A stretch of 60,816 nucleotides of DNA, counting the filler. It is 4 parts of 4 records of this genome, joined end to end, with 100 filler letters (N's around TTAATTAATTAA, not from the genome) between each part and the next. Parts side by side here need not be neighbours in the genome. Positions count along the whole stretch, not along the records: positions 1 to 11,441 come from DRR378314_2423; positions 11,542 to 26,445 come from DRR378314_2426; 2 more parts are not named here. One strand, written 5' to 3'. This document shows, in pieces, positions 1 to 12,112 of this stretch. The translations under genes and the position numbers were made by a program. Numbering within the stretch: position 1 is the stretch's first letter; every line of letters starts with the position of its first letter. The notes beneath the pieces were generated by a model. It made no database searches and was not told where the DNA came from. It was given only the letters and a program-made list of their open reading frames with translations.

Positions 1-334
1 AGGACACGGAGCGGTGTGGAGCTGCAGAGCGGAAAGCGACGCGTTCCTGCGTAGATGTGCGACGCGTCGCAGTAGAGCAGAGCGGAAAGGGTGTTGCCAG
101 TGTCGCGCCGGAGAGGAGGATGGCGCTGGCAGCTCTGTACTCGGCGCCGCACCGATCGTGCGCAAGCGATGCAGCTGTCCGCGATACACAAGGACCAGCG
201 AGCTCCTCCTACCTTCCCTCCAACGCATTTCTCGTGCTTTACCGTGTGTGCTGCGGTGCGGCCTTGGGTGCGTCGTGTGCTCGCTCTCGCTTGTGCGGTG
301 CGATGGCGGTTTGGCGTGCGCTCGCCGCTTCCAG

Positions 335-3026
335 GTCGGCGCTGCGGCAGTGGATGGACCGCGTATCGCAGCGCGTCCTCGAGGAACAGCCAACGCTCGA
401 TGCGAAAGCGATATCGATGCTCCTGTGGTCCTGTGCAAACCGAGGTACGTACCGCACGTACACAGCTCTCCCGTGCGCGTTGTGCGGTGTGGAGAGCGCG
501 TGGTTTGTACTTGCATGCGACGAGGATGTGCAGTGCGGTACGCTGTGGCGTTCCTCGTCGCAGCGAATCACTCATGCGCTCGTAGACGGGAAGCACGCAC
601 GCGCGCACACCCGTTCCACGCGTACGTGGAGATAGAGAGTACGCTAAGTTGCCCCTGTGTGTATAGCAGCGAGGATCGGTTGTATTAGGGAGGGGTTATG
701 TGCGCATGTTGCGTTGTCTATCGCGCGTGATGCAAGTTTGCAACGGCGCTACTGAACCGCGATGGAGGTCTTCGTAGCCAACGACTGTGAAGCACGTTGT
801 ATACATCGCGCGCCTCGCTATGAATCACTCGCGAGTGCGCCACATACGTATTGCTTGCCGCTCATTCGTTCGGTCTGTGTGCTCTCTCGTTTCGCGCCGT
901 CTCTCTCCGTTTCCCGCGGTACCAATCGCGCATCCGATCTTCGGCACCGTTCCTACTCCGTGCAGATTTCTTCGATAGCTCCCTCACATCGTTCCTCGTT
1001 CGCGCCGCCAAGCAACGCAACGAAACGAGTATCTTTGAGCCGCAGCACCTTACCACGGTATGCTGGTCATTGGGCACGTTGTCGTACGTGGATGACGGGT
1101 GGATGAACGCTGCGGCGAACCGCGCGATACAATCCCTCTCCATGTTCAACCCGCAGGATTGCGCCATGTTCGCGTGGGCACTGGCGAGATTTTACCGCCC
1201 AGATCGCCACATCATCGATGAAACGATCGAGCATGCGCTCGCGATCCAGGACAAGGTGTGTGTGTGTGTATACGTGTCGTGTGTGCGTTCCTCTCTTCCT
1301 CCCTCGTACACATCGTACGGCGACGATGATCATCATCCTGTCAGCAGTGCGTTGTGCGCTTACACCATCACTACTTCTACCATGTACAGGAATACTCACG
1401 CAGTGGATCGTATTTGTGCGCTGTGCAACGGATGGTGCTACTACCGTGTCTGTCTGGTGTCGCTCCGTATCATGCTGACGGTTATACGGTATTTCACGCG
1501 CGTAGTTCTCGCTGGGGGAAATGGCGTCGTTTTTGTGGTCACTCTGCGTTCTCAACGAGCATCAACGCGACGATCTGCGACCTCTGTGGCTGCGATTGCA
1601 ACACGCGTACGACCTGCCGTCGGATAGTCTGCGACAGTTGTACCAGATCCAGGTACGGCGGCGACCGCTGTATCGGGAGAAACCCCGTACTCGTTGCGCA
1701 TGTGTGTAAGCAATGCACTGCCTCGCAATTGCACTCCTCTCGATGCCTTTAGCTCTCGACGTGGCGCGATCACGTGCATTCCAGTACCTTGTCGCGTGTG
1801 GGTACACGGTGATGCACACATTGTCCATGCGTGTTCACCGTGCTCCTTGTAATGCGTGGTGGATGTGTGTATAATGCGTTTGCGTGTATACTATGCTCTC
1901 TGCAGCTGAGTTTTCGTCTCGATAATGTGCTCGGTGAGCCGTTCCCGGAGCTCGATCGTAAGCTCGATTTCCTCTGCAGTCGCGCGTGGCTCGGTTCAAG
2001 GTGCGGCGCTCCGTGGCTCGTGTGTACCTCTGCCTGCGCTGCGTTTCTCTCGTTCTGTACATGCTCGCAATGAAGTGTACGGTAGTGACGTGTACGCACT
2101 CACTCCTCGATACTATGGGAGGAGAAAGCAGTGGTCTCTTCCTCCAGTGTGTGTGTGTGTGTGTGTACGCGCGATTCCGATGATGCGCTCGCTCGGCGCC
2201 CCGCTAACGTGCGCGACGATCGATCGCGCTGCTGCAAGCGAAACCCATCGGTGTTTCTCAATGAGCGTACCGCTGATGGTTGCGCTGTATGCGGCGCGTG
2301 CTTGCGTGTGACGCTGGGAATCGTGATCTGTGCCCACGCGTTCGTGCGCAGATTCTCTCGGTCGTCTATGATGCACCAAGAGGTATCCGACGCGCTTCAC
2401 CGCATCGGACTCGACCATGTGAACGAGTTCGATGCGGAGTACTCCATCGACATCTACGTGGAGCACCATGGCAGGCGGCTCGCCCTCGAGGTGGACGGTC
2501 CCGTTCATTTCGCTGTTAACGATGGTGCGTACATACATGTACATGTGTGTCGCGTATGGGACGTGCCATGGTGTCGCTCGTATAGTACACTTGCTCTATG
2601 ATCGGGTACGCGGTGGAGCTGTGCGCTGCCCCGTGTGTGTGTGTGTGTGAATGCGCAGCGTACACCATTGCGCTCGCATCTACGTATATAGGCGCGTCGA
2701 GTTCATCGATGCGTTCGTGTATGTCGGTGGCGCGCGCCGCTCCCTCGGCGCCGCAGACGCGGAAAGCCAACGCCGCCGCGCCGCCAAACTCACCGTGCAC
2801 CGCGCGCTGCTCGTGCCGGAACGCGCACACGCGCGCGCGAATCGCCTTCGCCACTGCAGCGCACCGACCGACCGGCGCCACACTGATCAAGCGCCGTCAC
2901 TTGGACGCGCTCGGGTACGATGTCGCGTCCCTGCACTACCTGGACTGGAAGCGAGCTCGCAGCGACGAGGAGCGCGAGGCGCTTCTACGCCGCACCGTAC
3001 CGCGCTGGTACTTTGGGGAACCATAA
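335..3026 (+). CDS. OPR/HPR-like helical-repeat protein with C-terminal RAP domain (FASTK-like organellar RNA-binding protein); spliced, 5' end not identified
   Basis: Phase-consistent GT-AG exons 335-444, 966-1255, 1506-1652, 1906-2000, 2352-2524, 2860-3026. Repeats such as FEPQHLTTVCWSLGTL, FNPQDCAMFAWALARF and FSLGEMASFLWSLCVL. RAP core YSIDI...LALEVDGPVHF...TGATLIKRRHLDALGYDVASLHYLDW. Confidence 0.85.
2147..2166. repeat. (GT)10 microsatellite in an intron
   Basis: Read directly from the sequence. Shorter GT runs lie near 1256 and 2633. Confidence 0.9.
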
Positions 3027-3334
3027 ACCGAATGTATTGTCATCGTGCGCACATTGCTGCGACGCGCCACGCCATCGCTGCAAAGGGACGGCACCGCGCA
3101 CTCGTGCAGTGGCGCCAGCCTTCGCAGCGAGAGACCCGCGCAAGAGTGCTGCACCCACCAGTCCCGCGCGCGCGCTGCACTGCGTTCTGCATACACTGAG
3201 AGGAGCAGGGACCTATAGGATAGGTATGCGCGTTCTACCGCCTACTTCGCAGCCGGGGACGCGTGCGTGATGACGCGCGGTGCATGTACGATGGGGAACA
3301 AAGCGGCAAGGCGGAGCTCTGCAGCGAGCACCAC

Positions 3335-5814
3335 CTACCACCCGTATCGACCGCGCGCATTCTGCATCGCTGACCGCGCTGTAGAGGTGTTGAGTTGCAC
3401 TTTCTCCTCGTTTGCTCGCGCGTGATGAAGTAGCCACGTAATCTGGTGCTTAGACTTCTGCCGCCCCGTCGGCGCGGAGGCGCGATTTCGCTCCATCTAC
3501 ATCCGCACCGGCGTGTCAAAACGTCAGCGAAAAAACAGTACAAGTATCCACTGCAACTAGGGCATGTGTCACGCGTATCCGTCCATGGCAGCACATGCGA
3601 TGCCTAATGTGGACAGTATCGTACGCACAACGCAGGCGCGTACGTCGCCTGATGTGGACAGTATCGTACGCACAAAGTGGGCGCGTACGTCGCAGTTGAG
3701 CGAAGAACTGATTTCACACGGTTGCACGCGCGCCGCGCGCACCAATACTACCAGGGAAGAGAATCAAACGCCCATGAGGCAGCGCGCGCACACAAGAGCG
3801 CCGCGTTGTGGCTGTATACAACCCTTGTGCGCGCTTCCACGACACTGGCGTAGAGGTTCCGCACCTTGGCCTTGGTTTCCGGATCGATCATCTCGATCGC
3901 CGTGTTATGCCCGTGCACGTCATCGGCGCTCACATCGACAAAGGACACGCTCGACGCATCGAATCCGCGTCCGGCAAACTGCACCGCACCGCGCGCATGC
4001 ACACACATACCACGTAGCACAACCGTGAGAGGAAGAGCAGTGGTGAGGAGAAAAGGCCTGAGTCTGCGCGTGCGCAATGGTTCTCTATGTTGCAGTACGA
4101 GTAGGCGCGGCGGCGTTCGCTGCGCCCATTGAGTAATGATGTGGCTTCGCACGCATTGCGGCCTCTTCCTCCGCGCGAAAAACTGCCAGCTGTACACGAT
4201 ATACACCACGTACCGCTGCGGGGACATCGTCAACCGGAGCCGTAGCATCCTGTTTGCGCACGCACGAAGCCACGGCGTTGCGATAGCGCAACAGAAAGCG
4301 CAAGGTCGCAAACCAGCGTGAGATGCAGAGTGCGAGCGAGTTCCTCGCAAAGCACAACTGTCCTACGCGAGTACAAATCGACCGTACTCCATACGATCAA
4401 CGAGACAGGACCGGGAGCCCAGGCGGAGCCAGAACAAGAGGAAAAATATTTGCGACCGCATGTCTGATCAGCGAAGCACAGGGGTTCCCTCGCACCCGCC
4501 CTCGCGCGCGTCTCACCAGACGGGAAAGCGTACCTGGTACGACCCTGTACTCCGTCCACCCTGCTCATACCCCTGGAGAGCAGTCGTGGAAGCGTGGTAC
4601 GCGCTCTCGTACGTGTACGCCGTTGCATCTTCCGTGTGCTGGACAGCGGTGCTCGCGGCAGCGACTGTTGAAGCGGAAGACGGCGGCCGCGGCTCCGTCG
4701 CAGCGCCGGCGGGCAGCGGCGCAGCGGAGAGCGGGCCGAGCGCGATCGCCGCACCGTCGCTCGAGCTCGCGTCGACGAGCGGACTGTCATGCTGTGCACG
4801 ATCACCACTCGCCGCGCCGTGCGAGCGTCCCGCCGACGTCTCCGCTGCTGCCGCGCGGCTGTGTTTGGGCGGTGGAAGAAGGCTCGCCAGTCCGAGGGCG
4901 CGCTTCTTTCCCTGCGCGGAGCTCCTTCCCTGCGTATCCGGCGATGAGGCACGCGCCCACCGCACCGCATGCGTGAGCAAAGAAACACGAGCGCTAATCG
5001 CTACGCAAGCGCTCCATACGCAGCAACACGTATGCGCGGCGAGAACGAGCCATCTGCCACGTTGTAGCGGTACCGTGCAGCACAGAAGTGCCGTCCTGCG
5101 CCACAAGACCAGGCGAAGCGCCCTCGAGTCCACGGGCTGCTCGAAGCACGAAGAGAGCTGGACAGCGAGAAAGTTCCATCCCACACACATACAACGACAA
5201 AAAGACTTGTACTGTACCAGAACATCTTTGGAGACTATGGATAGGTGGTGGCCTCTGAGCCCTTGGCGATGCGGTGGCGAAGCTCCGGTGCGCACTGGCC
5301 AAACGCACCGTGTTGGACTTGCCCGCTGTCGACTCTTCCGCCGCAGCCTCTTGCGCCTTTGCAATAGAGACGGGGGGAACAAAGATACTTTTACCCTGCG
5401 AAATAATAAACAGTGCAATCCCCATCAATCCATGCGAATCCGATGGTGAGACCGGCACGGGTGCAACAAACGTGCACACCTACGCCCAGTGCGCAAACTC
5501 GGTGCTGAAAGGAGAGCGTGTATCCGCTTTGGCCAGCGCGGAACGAGGAGGAAGAACACTGCCGACCCCCAACAAGAAACAAACAAGGCCCGTTTACACC
5601 TTTCTCCTGCGGTAGGAGAGAGATCATAGCATCGCGTGTACTACATATGTGTGCATTCATGTGCGCATTCTCCGCGCCGACGTAACGAAAGGCTGGAGGA
5701 CTGTCGCACCGCTTCCTTCTTGGCCCGAGCTGGCCGATCGTCAGGCAGCACCGGCGCGGCTGCGCCCTCCGAGTCCGAGTCCGAGTCTGAAGACGCGTAG
5801 TTGACCAACGACAT
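3335..5814 (-). CDS. PRCC: PRCC (proline-rich mitotic checkpoint control / spliceosome-associated protein) homolog, multi-exon
   Basis: ATG at 5814 reads MSLVNYASSDSDSDSE, matching the PRCC MSLVxYASSD start. Internal LASLLPPPKH. Last exon 3496-3335 reads MERNRASAPTGRQKSKHQITWLLHHARANEEKV...ARGRYGW*, the PRCC C-terminal KHQIT...YG[FW] signature. Internal exon boundaries are only partly resolved. Confidence 0.85.
3603..3692. repeat. Tandem duplication of a 45-bp unit (2 copies) in a PRCC intron
   Basis: cctaatgtggacagtatcgtacgcacaacgcaggcgcgtacgtcg (3603-3647) versus cctgatgtggacagtatcgtacgcacaaagtgggcgcgtacgtcg (3648-3692). Confidence 0.9.
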
Positions 5815-6667
5815 TGGTGCGCGCTTATGCCTTTCTAAGAATAGGCCTTCTTATTATTAGGGAATCTCGCAACAGTCTTGCGCGCACGCGGTATCGGTAT
5901 CGCCGGAAACGCGGCGCGGTGCGCGCGCACAAGCACGAGCCGGCGGGAGGCGGCGCGCACGCTGAAGTAGAAGTATGTCTCTTTTTCACAACACCGCCAG
6001 AAACAGACTGCGCTGCGCTTCCTCCGCAATCCACCGCGCCTCCCCGCACGAAACGCAGCCTACGCCGACTGCAACGGACAGGAAATCGTCGCAAAAAAAA
6101 CTGCATTGTAGCACAGCTTAGAAGGACACGTGCAGAGACGCATCCTATTTGGGGCGAAAGAGGTTTCATCGACAGCCAGACCGCACGTGGCCCTCTGCAC
6201 ACGCTCCGGGTCGCTGCTGCCCTGCCTGAGCCGTGCCCGCCACGCGCCGAGCCGCGCGGCGCAGACGATTCGGTCCTGCAGCGCGCCATTCGCCCCCGCG
6301 GGCGCCCGTGTCGCGCCTGCGCGGACACCCGCACCCTACACACCCGCCGCTGCCGCCGCCGCCAGCGAGGGGACGACGCGCGCCAGCGCGCGAACGTGGC
6401 TCCGATACGCGCAGCGAGCTTGCGTGCAAAAATCTTACGGGCGCTTTTTCCCACTCCGCGCACACGCTTTTGTGGCTCTTGCTGCAGTTATCCGCATAAC
6501 GTCCATACAGCGCAGCGGCACCGATTCCCTCTCAAAGGAAAGCGACACAAGGGACTGGCGCGGACAGAGGAGCGCGATCCGTCCGCGTGCGACAAACATT
6601 GACGCTTTTCATTCGTTCCTGTTCGGACATACTCCTTGCTTCATCGTGACCATTCACAGCAAGGGGA

Positions 6668-9600
6668 ATGGTTGGTGTTCGACGGTACAATGCAAATGTT
6701 CGGGCGAGCGTGTTGGCTTTGTTCCTGCTGAGTATTGCATCGGTCGGGGAGGGAGCGGTATTCCGAGCCCGCTTGACGGACCTTCCTTTCCTTCTCGACT
6801 ACGTCTTTGTACGTCGATTTTGCTTTGCTCCGGGATCCACAGGTATGGTCTATAAAGATAGTCAAACAAAGGCAGACGACAAAATGTAGTCTATGTGCGC
6901 CGTGTACACAACGCGTGAAAGGCTCTGCATACATTCCTCCACCGCACACACAACAACAAAGTTGAACGAAGCTCGCCAGGCGCGCACCAGCTCGTCATCT
7001 TGCCGGCTGTCAATCTCTATGCACGCCGCTCTTCTCAACGAAACGCGTTCAATACTTCTTCAACCGAACGCACTCCTCCCTTTTTGCGACTTCAAGTTGT
7101 TGCTGTCAAATTCAACTTTACGCTTGTATCGCGATCGCAATGGTACACGTCATCCGCTGTTGCGTGTACAGCCAAGGCCACTGGCACGCATCCATTGGTC
7201 AGGGTGCGATCCTGGCCCAAGAATCAACTGAGCCTGTGTCTCTGTTGAAGCTGAAGATCCAACCCCGCCTAAGTTGCACTTCCACGATTCCGTGTTTGTG
7301 CACTATCATGTGGAGTACAGATGCTCCACGAATAACGTTGGAGACTTCCGCGCAGACGGATGGCAACAAGTTTTTGGTGTTTGACGAGACTCCGCAGTCG
7401 TGGCGCAAGGTAGGATCAGCGGTCTGCCCTCGCACGGCACGCATTGCCTCCCTACAAGCGTCCGAGCCACCGTGGAGAAGATAGTATTCGCAACAACACT
7501 GATCGACCCGTCTTTGTAAATGAGATAATCGGACGTGCACGAATGAGGCGGGAAAGAATCGTGAACCTAACGATGTATGCGAGCCTCTATGTGCTCGTTC
7601 GTTGTGGGCTTTTCGCGTTCGCGGGGACTTGGCACTCCGCGCACCAAACACGCATTTCTCCGTTCTCTTTGCTGTAGTTTGTGGATGAGACCAGAGACGA
7701 GGACACGAAATGCCAGGATCTCGGCAAGATAGCTCGACCACTATGTAAGATCGATGATCCTGACTCAGAAAGGTCAGTATAAACGCGGGTTGTGCTCGTT
7801 TGACCACTGCCCCGTACAATACTGGGCACAATGCGCAACATGGAGTACCAGCACAGGGAGAGCGGCACAGTGCTGGCCATAGGGCAGCGCGATAATCCAA
7901 CCAAATGTATCCTGACGAATACCTACTAGTCCGAATCCTATTGTTGCTTCCTTGAAGAGAGATACGTATTCCGGGCAAAAGCATCTTCAAACCGGAACCA
8001 GGAAGGAATTGGGTCGGGTCCTCGCTCACTCCTGTGTTTGCACGCAGGTCGATTACTGGATCGGCACTCGTCACATACAAACTGTCTTCACGCGTCCCTG
8101 CGCTGCAGGTGTGACTCCTCGTTCCCTATTCCACAATCTTCAAGCTCTGTACAATTTCGCGTGAATGTGGTACGTATCCAAAGGCAACATCCTCCTTACA
8201 CCTTTTCATATGTATTGCACGCCGCAGCGTGTTTGCAGCTCTCTCCTTGGGCAACCCCAGCAGCACGCTGAAGAACCCTTGGGGCGCAAAAACCTCACCA
8301 AGGTGCCGATTGAATGGCTGCGTGCTTTGTTCACACAGAATGATCCAACTTACTGGTATTTTGTACTAGGAAATTGCGACGATACGCTGGATGTTGACAT
8401 AAAGCTTCAGCTGTTGAATCCGGGAGGATTTTGGGCAGGACAGCTCTCGTACGACGAGCAAGGTACCTGGCAAGGCGCGCACGCGCGTGATGGCAGTGAC
8501 AGGTTCCCACAGAGGGTAGACGCAAAGGCTGCACAAGTAAATATACAGAGATTTGCAAGCTTACTCCAAGATTACCACCATTTTTGGTACTATAATGAGT
8601 AGAGGAGAGCGTCTACGTTCAATTGTTTTTCATCAAGCAGTTTCCCTTCGTTCTGGTGCTGCTTCGCACCCAAACGAAGAATGCTCGTGCCAAAGAAGGC
8701 AAGTGCCGTGCACGAGTGTTCACACGAACCCATGTTCTCTCTGCGACTGTATCAGAAAGAACAGCAATTGAATTCCTATGCATCAACATACGTATGAGGA
8801 TCTTGCATATTCATGCAAACACTCTGGTACATACTAGCGTTCTCCGTATGTCGCAGCGGACAAGGCTCTGTGTATGTAATACTACATTCCTCCGCACGCT
8901 CGCTCCCCTCCCTTCCAGGTCTTCCACAGACGTACATCGTCTCTCTCGTGGCATTTCTTCTCGTCTACGCCTTCTTCGCTGTTCGACGAGCTCGTCGAGA
9001 ACAGCACGACATGATGGAGATGATCATCATTCTTTTCAACAGTATCATCCTGTTGCAAATTGTACACCTTATGTTTGGGACAATCCACTGGCTTACATAC
9101 TGTGCAGACGGTGAAGGTACGAGCGCTCGATGGCGGTTCGCAAGAGCGACAGCGCTGGATATGAACTGTTCTCCAAACCGAAGAGAGACATACGAACCAC
9201 CTCTGGAACATTGGCGAACCAGCGTTGGAAAGCACTGCACACGTACATGACACGAAGCAGCGCAATGATGCTCGCGGGCAGCTGCTGGCTTCTCTCGCTT
9301 TGTGCCTCCTACCGTACATGCATCGGATTGTTACTGATGCTCCCTCCCCCTCGGTGGTGAATTCTTGGCATACGTCTGACTCGCTTGCCTTGCAGGAACG
9401 GGGTTCCTGTACGGTATCGCTGAGCTCGCAGATGACATCTCCGCCATTGCTCTCCTAGTCCTGTTCTTAGCTTGTGCTAAGGTGCGCATTATTTGCCGGT
9501 ATCTCTTCCGCCCCATCCGAGGATGGTGGCGACACACCTGCACGATCTTGTCGGTGCGGCTCGCGTACTGCCGGAACCGGTGCTCTTCCGCGGAACTCCG

Positions 9601-11153
9601 CTCTCGTCGCCCAAGAAGGCAATCGCCTCGCAACATTGCGCCGGTCACGACAACGCATCTTAAACACCTCAAAGATAGAATTCCATCCCCATTGACTTCA
9701 TGAACGTCTTCACTTATCGATTACTCGGATAGCCGAGACTCCCAAGCGCAAACGGTAGTACAGCCCCGTGCCGGTGCATGCTGATCGAACAGCGACTGCG
9801 ACCACGCGCAGCGCTTTCCTGGTCAATTTCTGTCGGCCGACACTTCTCGCGCAAGCAATAATTCTCACTTTCGTACTATAACTGTCTATTTCTTGATATG
9901 GGCGCCATGCAGGGATTCCCACTAACTGTAAATTCTGCGCAAGAGCAGTCCATAATTGTGGTGCTATCCATCGCGTCCCTTGGATACGCCGTTCTCTTTC
10001 TCTGGGCCATGCTTGCAATCGACCCAGTGACAACTTTTTTCAGCGGAGATCTTCTTCCCGGCGTGGCTGTAGCAATGGGTCGGATAGCTCTATTGATATG
10101 GTTTCTTTTTTCAGCTCGGTACGGATGCTTTCTTTTCGGAGAGACTTTTTCTCTCACGGGCCTCCTTCACTCGTGCAGCCCAGCAGCAGGAGGTTTGCCG
10201 GCACACACGTGTACGTGTCCAGCTTCCCCAAGACCTCGCGGAGACTCGTTCCGGATCCTCTCATCTCGTTCTTCCACTTCGTCTCTCTTCTATACATGCA
10301 TTCTGCAGTACGGCATATAAGCAGGAAGCAGTGGCTCAGAGCAAAAAGCGACTCCTTCACCTTGTGACTCTGGGAACGTTGTGGATCGGATGGTCTCCGA
10401 TTGCCACGCTCTCCGCCGCCGCTCTCGGTACGCCCCCTATGCACACTGCGAACCACACGACCTTCTCCCCAGCACTGCACCGCAAAAGAAAAGAGATGCC
10501 AGTTTATGCGGGATATGCTCCCTATTACTGTCATCATAATCAACATCGACTAAATGCAAGGTGCCAGACTTCCGCAGTGATGCGTCGCACTCTGGGGAGG
10601 GCCTTCGACGACCTTCCCACGGCGTGTTGCTCAAGCGGCAGCTTGTGCGTACGCGCGGCTACGCCTTTCCTTTCTCCCGCTGCGATGGGAACGACGCGCA
10701 GATGTACACGTGCGGTACCGATTTGAGCATATATCAATCATGGCAGTCAACTTGGGAACGATTCTGGGTCTGTCATACGTGATACATCGATCTGTCCCGA
10801 CGTCATATCGCGAGCTGTCAACTACCGACGTGCTGGACGGGAACACGCCGTGTACGTCGCGTGGAGCAACCACCCGGCTTGCGTGCGCACTACAGCCGTA
10901 AATGACGCCCTGTACTCTATACACTTCATGCTGTAGAAATATGCGGAGATTGGAAGTGTGCTCTTAGAAATAATGGTTCTCTCTAGGTGTTGTTCTTGTA
11001 GCAAGTAGGGGGGGTAAAGCAGCAGTCGCATTGCTTTTCCTCGTCGCGCTTGCGTCGCTTCTGAGTAAGTACAGTGTGCATCGGCAACACCTCGTCTGAG
11101 CTCCTAACCCTGTGCTCGAAACGTGCGTATATTCTGTAGACGATGATATCTAG
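6668..11153 (+). CDS. TMEM145/GPR180-family (GOLD-like lumenal domain + 7TM) membrane protein, 11 exons, ~438 aa
   Basis: Exons 6668-6842, 7321-7409, 7678-7772, 8109-8169, 8339-8462, 8919-9116, 9396-9481, 9913-10118, 10309-10427, 10702-10851, 11140-11153 join in frame (1317 nt). Signal peptide, FVRRFCF, YWYFVLGNC...LLNPGG...LSYDEQG, YCADGEG, AKGF, then hydrophobic helices. The last exon is less certain; an unspliced stop exists at 10901. Confidence 0.8.
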
Positions 11154-11441
11154 TGCTACACGCTGTTGCTCACTTCGTTTCATTATTGCGAAGATACAAC
11201 TGTCACCGCTTTGCTTCCGACATGGTGCTTCTGCAGCGGCGTGGCGGCGTCCGTAGTAGCCCTGTCGGGTCCCGTACCCTTGGCTGCCGCGCGCGCGCCC
11301 TCCTCCCGCCGGCGAAAGCGCCGCTGTCGAGCTACGACAAAAGACAACGATGCGCAGAGAGGGGATGGAGTGAACAGCGCGGTGTCATGAAATACATATG
11401 TGGCGTACAGAAGTGTTTGCACACCTCTTACGCACTCCTGC

Positions 11442-11541
11442 NNNNNNNNNNNNNNNNNNNNNNNNNNNNNNNNNNNNNNNNNNNNTTAATTAATTAANNN
11501 NNNNNNNNNNNNNNNNNNNNNNNNNNNNNNNNNNNNNNNNN
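11442..11541. other. Artificial contig spacer (N44-TTAATTAATTAA-N44)
   Basis: N runs flank a linker with stop codons in all six frames. Confidence 0.99.
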
Positions 11542-11889
11542 GGGGGTAGAGAGCCGCAGGTATACACAACAATGTACCACGAACAGCTGAAACTACGCAA
11601 CTATTGACATCGCAGGCGACAGGAAACAAAACCAGCAGCAGGCTAAGCGAAGAAACGCAAAGAAGAACAAACCAACCGATGCATCCAGAACTGCGTTGGC
11701 CACAGAGAACACGACTCCTCAACACGAAAGCAAACAAAATGTGCAGAGTATGCATTAGCAAGTTCATCAGCCATATTTGCGGAGCACTTACAATTGCTTC
11801 TCTTAGTGACTTCTACGCGGCTGACGGTAGCAACACCCCGTTCTGCCGCGCGCATCCCAGCGTGAGCGCGAACCAGGTCGCTTGCATAC

Positions 11890-12112
11890 CTGTGCTGCTT
11901 GCTCCTTCCCCCGCTGATCCTTTCTGCGCGCGGTTGCTTGGATCTCGGAGTACCATTGCTGCATCACAGTTGCTTAAATCGACATACCCACGGCCACTTT
12001 GGAATCCGGAAAAGGAAAGATACAATGCCAGAATGAAGCAAAGAAGAACAGCGGCAGAGTACGCAGCTGTTCTTCGAGCCAGTGCGCCCCTGGCGAAACG
12101 TGCAGCTCCCAT
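11890..12112 (-). CDS. Probable first exon of a type II membrane protein; gene truncated by the contig start
   Basis: ATG at 12112 reads MGAARFARGALARRTAAYSAAVLLCFILALYLSFSG (basic N-terminus plus one TM helix), ending at a GTATGC donor. No family recognised. Confidence 0.3.

Noticed and set aside
3603-3692. CRISPR-like repeat
   Set aside because: Only two abutting copies, no spacers, no cas genes, and located in a eukaryotic intron.
9331-9672. Antisense ORF overlapping an exon and intron of the 7TM gene
   Set aside because: Short, no recognisable motif, and overlaps a supported exon.
11486-11497. TTAATTAATTAA palindrome repeated three times in the window
   Set aside because: Artificial six-frame stop linker inside N spacers, not biological.
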